Shown here piece by piece: positions 61,518 to 64,000 of a stretch of 64,000 nt of DNA. How positions within the stretch are numbered: position 1 is the stretch's first letter; each line of letters opens with the position of its first letter. The stretch is from an uncultured Acidobacteriota bacterium (GTDB lineage Bacteria; Acidobacteriota; Blastocatellia; RBC074): positions 334,910 through 398,909 of the forward strand of contig CAVUPU010000004.1 in NCBI GenBank assembly GCA_963743425.1, given 5' to 3'. The notes beneath the pieces were generated by a model. The model was not told where the DNA came from and did not search any database. It saw only the letters and a list, made by a program, of their open reading frames with translations. Position numbers and translations under genes: made by a program.

Positions 61518-62312
61518 TTACACCGCCACCGGCGCGGCGATGTGAGGGTGAGCCTGATAATTGGCGATCTCGAAATCTTCGAACGGTAATCGAAGATGGA
61601 CTCCGGTTTGCGCTTGATGATCAATTGCGGCGCAGGGAAAGGCTCGCGGCTGAGTTGCAGCCTCACCTGTTCCAGGTGGTTCAGGTAGATGTGGCAATCT
61701 CCTCCGGTCCAGATGAATTCGCCGACGTCAAGGTCGCATTGCTCGGGCGATCATGTGAGTCAGCAGCGCGTAGGAAGCGATATTGAACGGGACGCCGAGA
61801 AATATGTCCGCCGATCTCTGATAAAGCTGGCAGGAGAGTTTGTTCCCTACCACATAGAACTGAGCCATAACGTGACAGGGCGCGAGGGCCATTCGATCCA
61901 GTTCGCCGACATTCCAGGCGCTGATAATCAGGCGGCGGGAATCGGGATTGGTTTTGATCTGTTCGATGAGATCGCTGACCTGGTCAATCGCGCGGCCATC
62001 AGCCGCCCGCCACGATCTCCATTGCGCGCCGTAGACCGGGCCAAGATCGCCGTTCTCGTCCGCCCATTCGTTCCAGATGGTCACGCCGTGGTCGTTCAGA
62101 TATTTGACGCTCGTTTCGCCGCGCAGAAACCACAACAACTCATAGATGATCGATTTCAGATGAATCCTCTTCGTCGTGACCAGAGGAAAGCCCTGGCTCA
62201 AATCGAACCGTATCTGGTAGCCGAAGATGGAGACCGTCCCGACGCCTGTGCGGTCATCTTTGCGCGCGCCGTTGTCGAGCGCATGCTTCATCAGATCGAG
62301 GTACTGCTTCAT
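61518..62312 (-). CDS. thyA: thymidylate synthase, frame-disrupted (two compensating 1-nt indels near 61742 and near 61585)
   Basis: The N-terminal 194 aa are canonical ThyA (...[25 protein letters not shown]...). The continuation [53 protein letters not shown] is in another frame. The last segment [21 protein letters not shown] returns to the original frame. The total span is 795 nt, which is 265 codons and the normal ThyA length. Confidence 0.75.
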
Positions 62313-62430
62313 TTCCGATCGATTCCTTTCGCTTGTCTCCGATTGGCGTGGGTAAGACGACGAATATAGCAGAGAATCGCGCCAGTTGAGCTAAGCGCGG
62401 AGGCAAAATTTTTGAGACGTGATCGCTTGC

Positions 62431-62471
62431 CATATGCCATATGCCATATTTCATATGGCATATGGCATATG
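62431..62471. repeat. palindromic hairpin element, family C (copy 2)
   Basis: CATATGCCATATGCCATATTTCATATGGCATATGGCATATG, in the divergent region between thyA and the phosphorylase gene. Confidence 0.85.
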
Positions 62472-62623
62472 TAGTTTGGTTGACGGGGTCAGGATGGTTA
62501 GGTAGAGTGCTGGCTGTGTACGGCCGGCGCCGGATGTTCCGGCGCCGGCTCTGACGTTTTCCCTACATTAACGTATCTTTCTGACCATACTTGTGATCCC
62601 GCGCCCGGGATCGATCTGGAAAA

Positions 62624-64000
<1,377 letters not shown>

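Overview
This is a GC-rich (~60-65%) chromosomal segment that is most consistent with an Acidobacteria genome. The family-level clues are a tandem pair of VWFA-type proteins of the kind described as acidobacterial-specific, a TonB-dependent receptor with an N-terminal carboxypeptidase-regulatory-like domain, an ECF sigma factor coupled to a Ser/Thr-kinase-TPR protein, and a TAT-dependent MsrPQ pair. Most of the window is ordinary housekeeping. It contains the xseA-xseB-ispA-tlyA operon, pdxJ, tsaC/sua5, dcd, rnhB, a NifU/Nfu protein, folA, thyA, msrPQ, a LytS/LytTR two-component pair, a PAS histidine kinase, two alkaline-phosphatase-family enzymes, an HpcH aldolase, amidohydrolases, and a partial alpha-glucan phosphorylase at the 3' edge. 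Four observations stand out. (1) At least eight families of intergenic perfect or near-perfect inverted-repeat hairpin elements are present (about 15 copies), and their arms are built from 6-7-nt periodic units. (2) There are two toxin-antitoxin loci, hicBA and higBA, plus a putative antitoxin-like ORF at the 5' edge. The higA 3' end is duplicated as 48-bp direct repeats bracketing an amidohydrolase gene, and hicA lacks a canonical start codon. (3) Several conserved genes carry frame disruptions: thyA has two compensating indels, an FAD oxidoreductase is broken at a (GA)3 tract, a secreted protein is broken at a C4 tract, and another ORF pair shows the same pattern. Because one of them is the essential thyA, assembly indel error is the most likely explanation for these disruptions. 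(4) Two lower-GC islets carry orphan genes with no family I can recognise: a multi-TM protein with a cytosolic Rossmann-like insert (28618-30477) and a 773-aa soluble protein (40210-42531). No tRNA or rRNA gene, CRISPR array, or transposase was identified.
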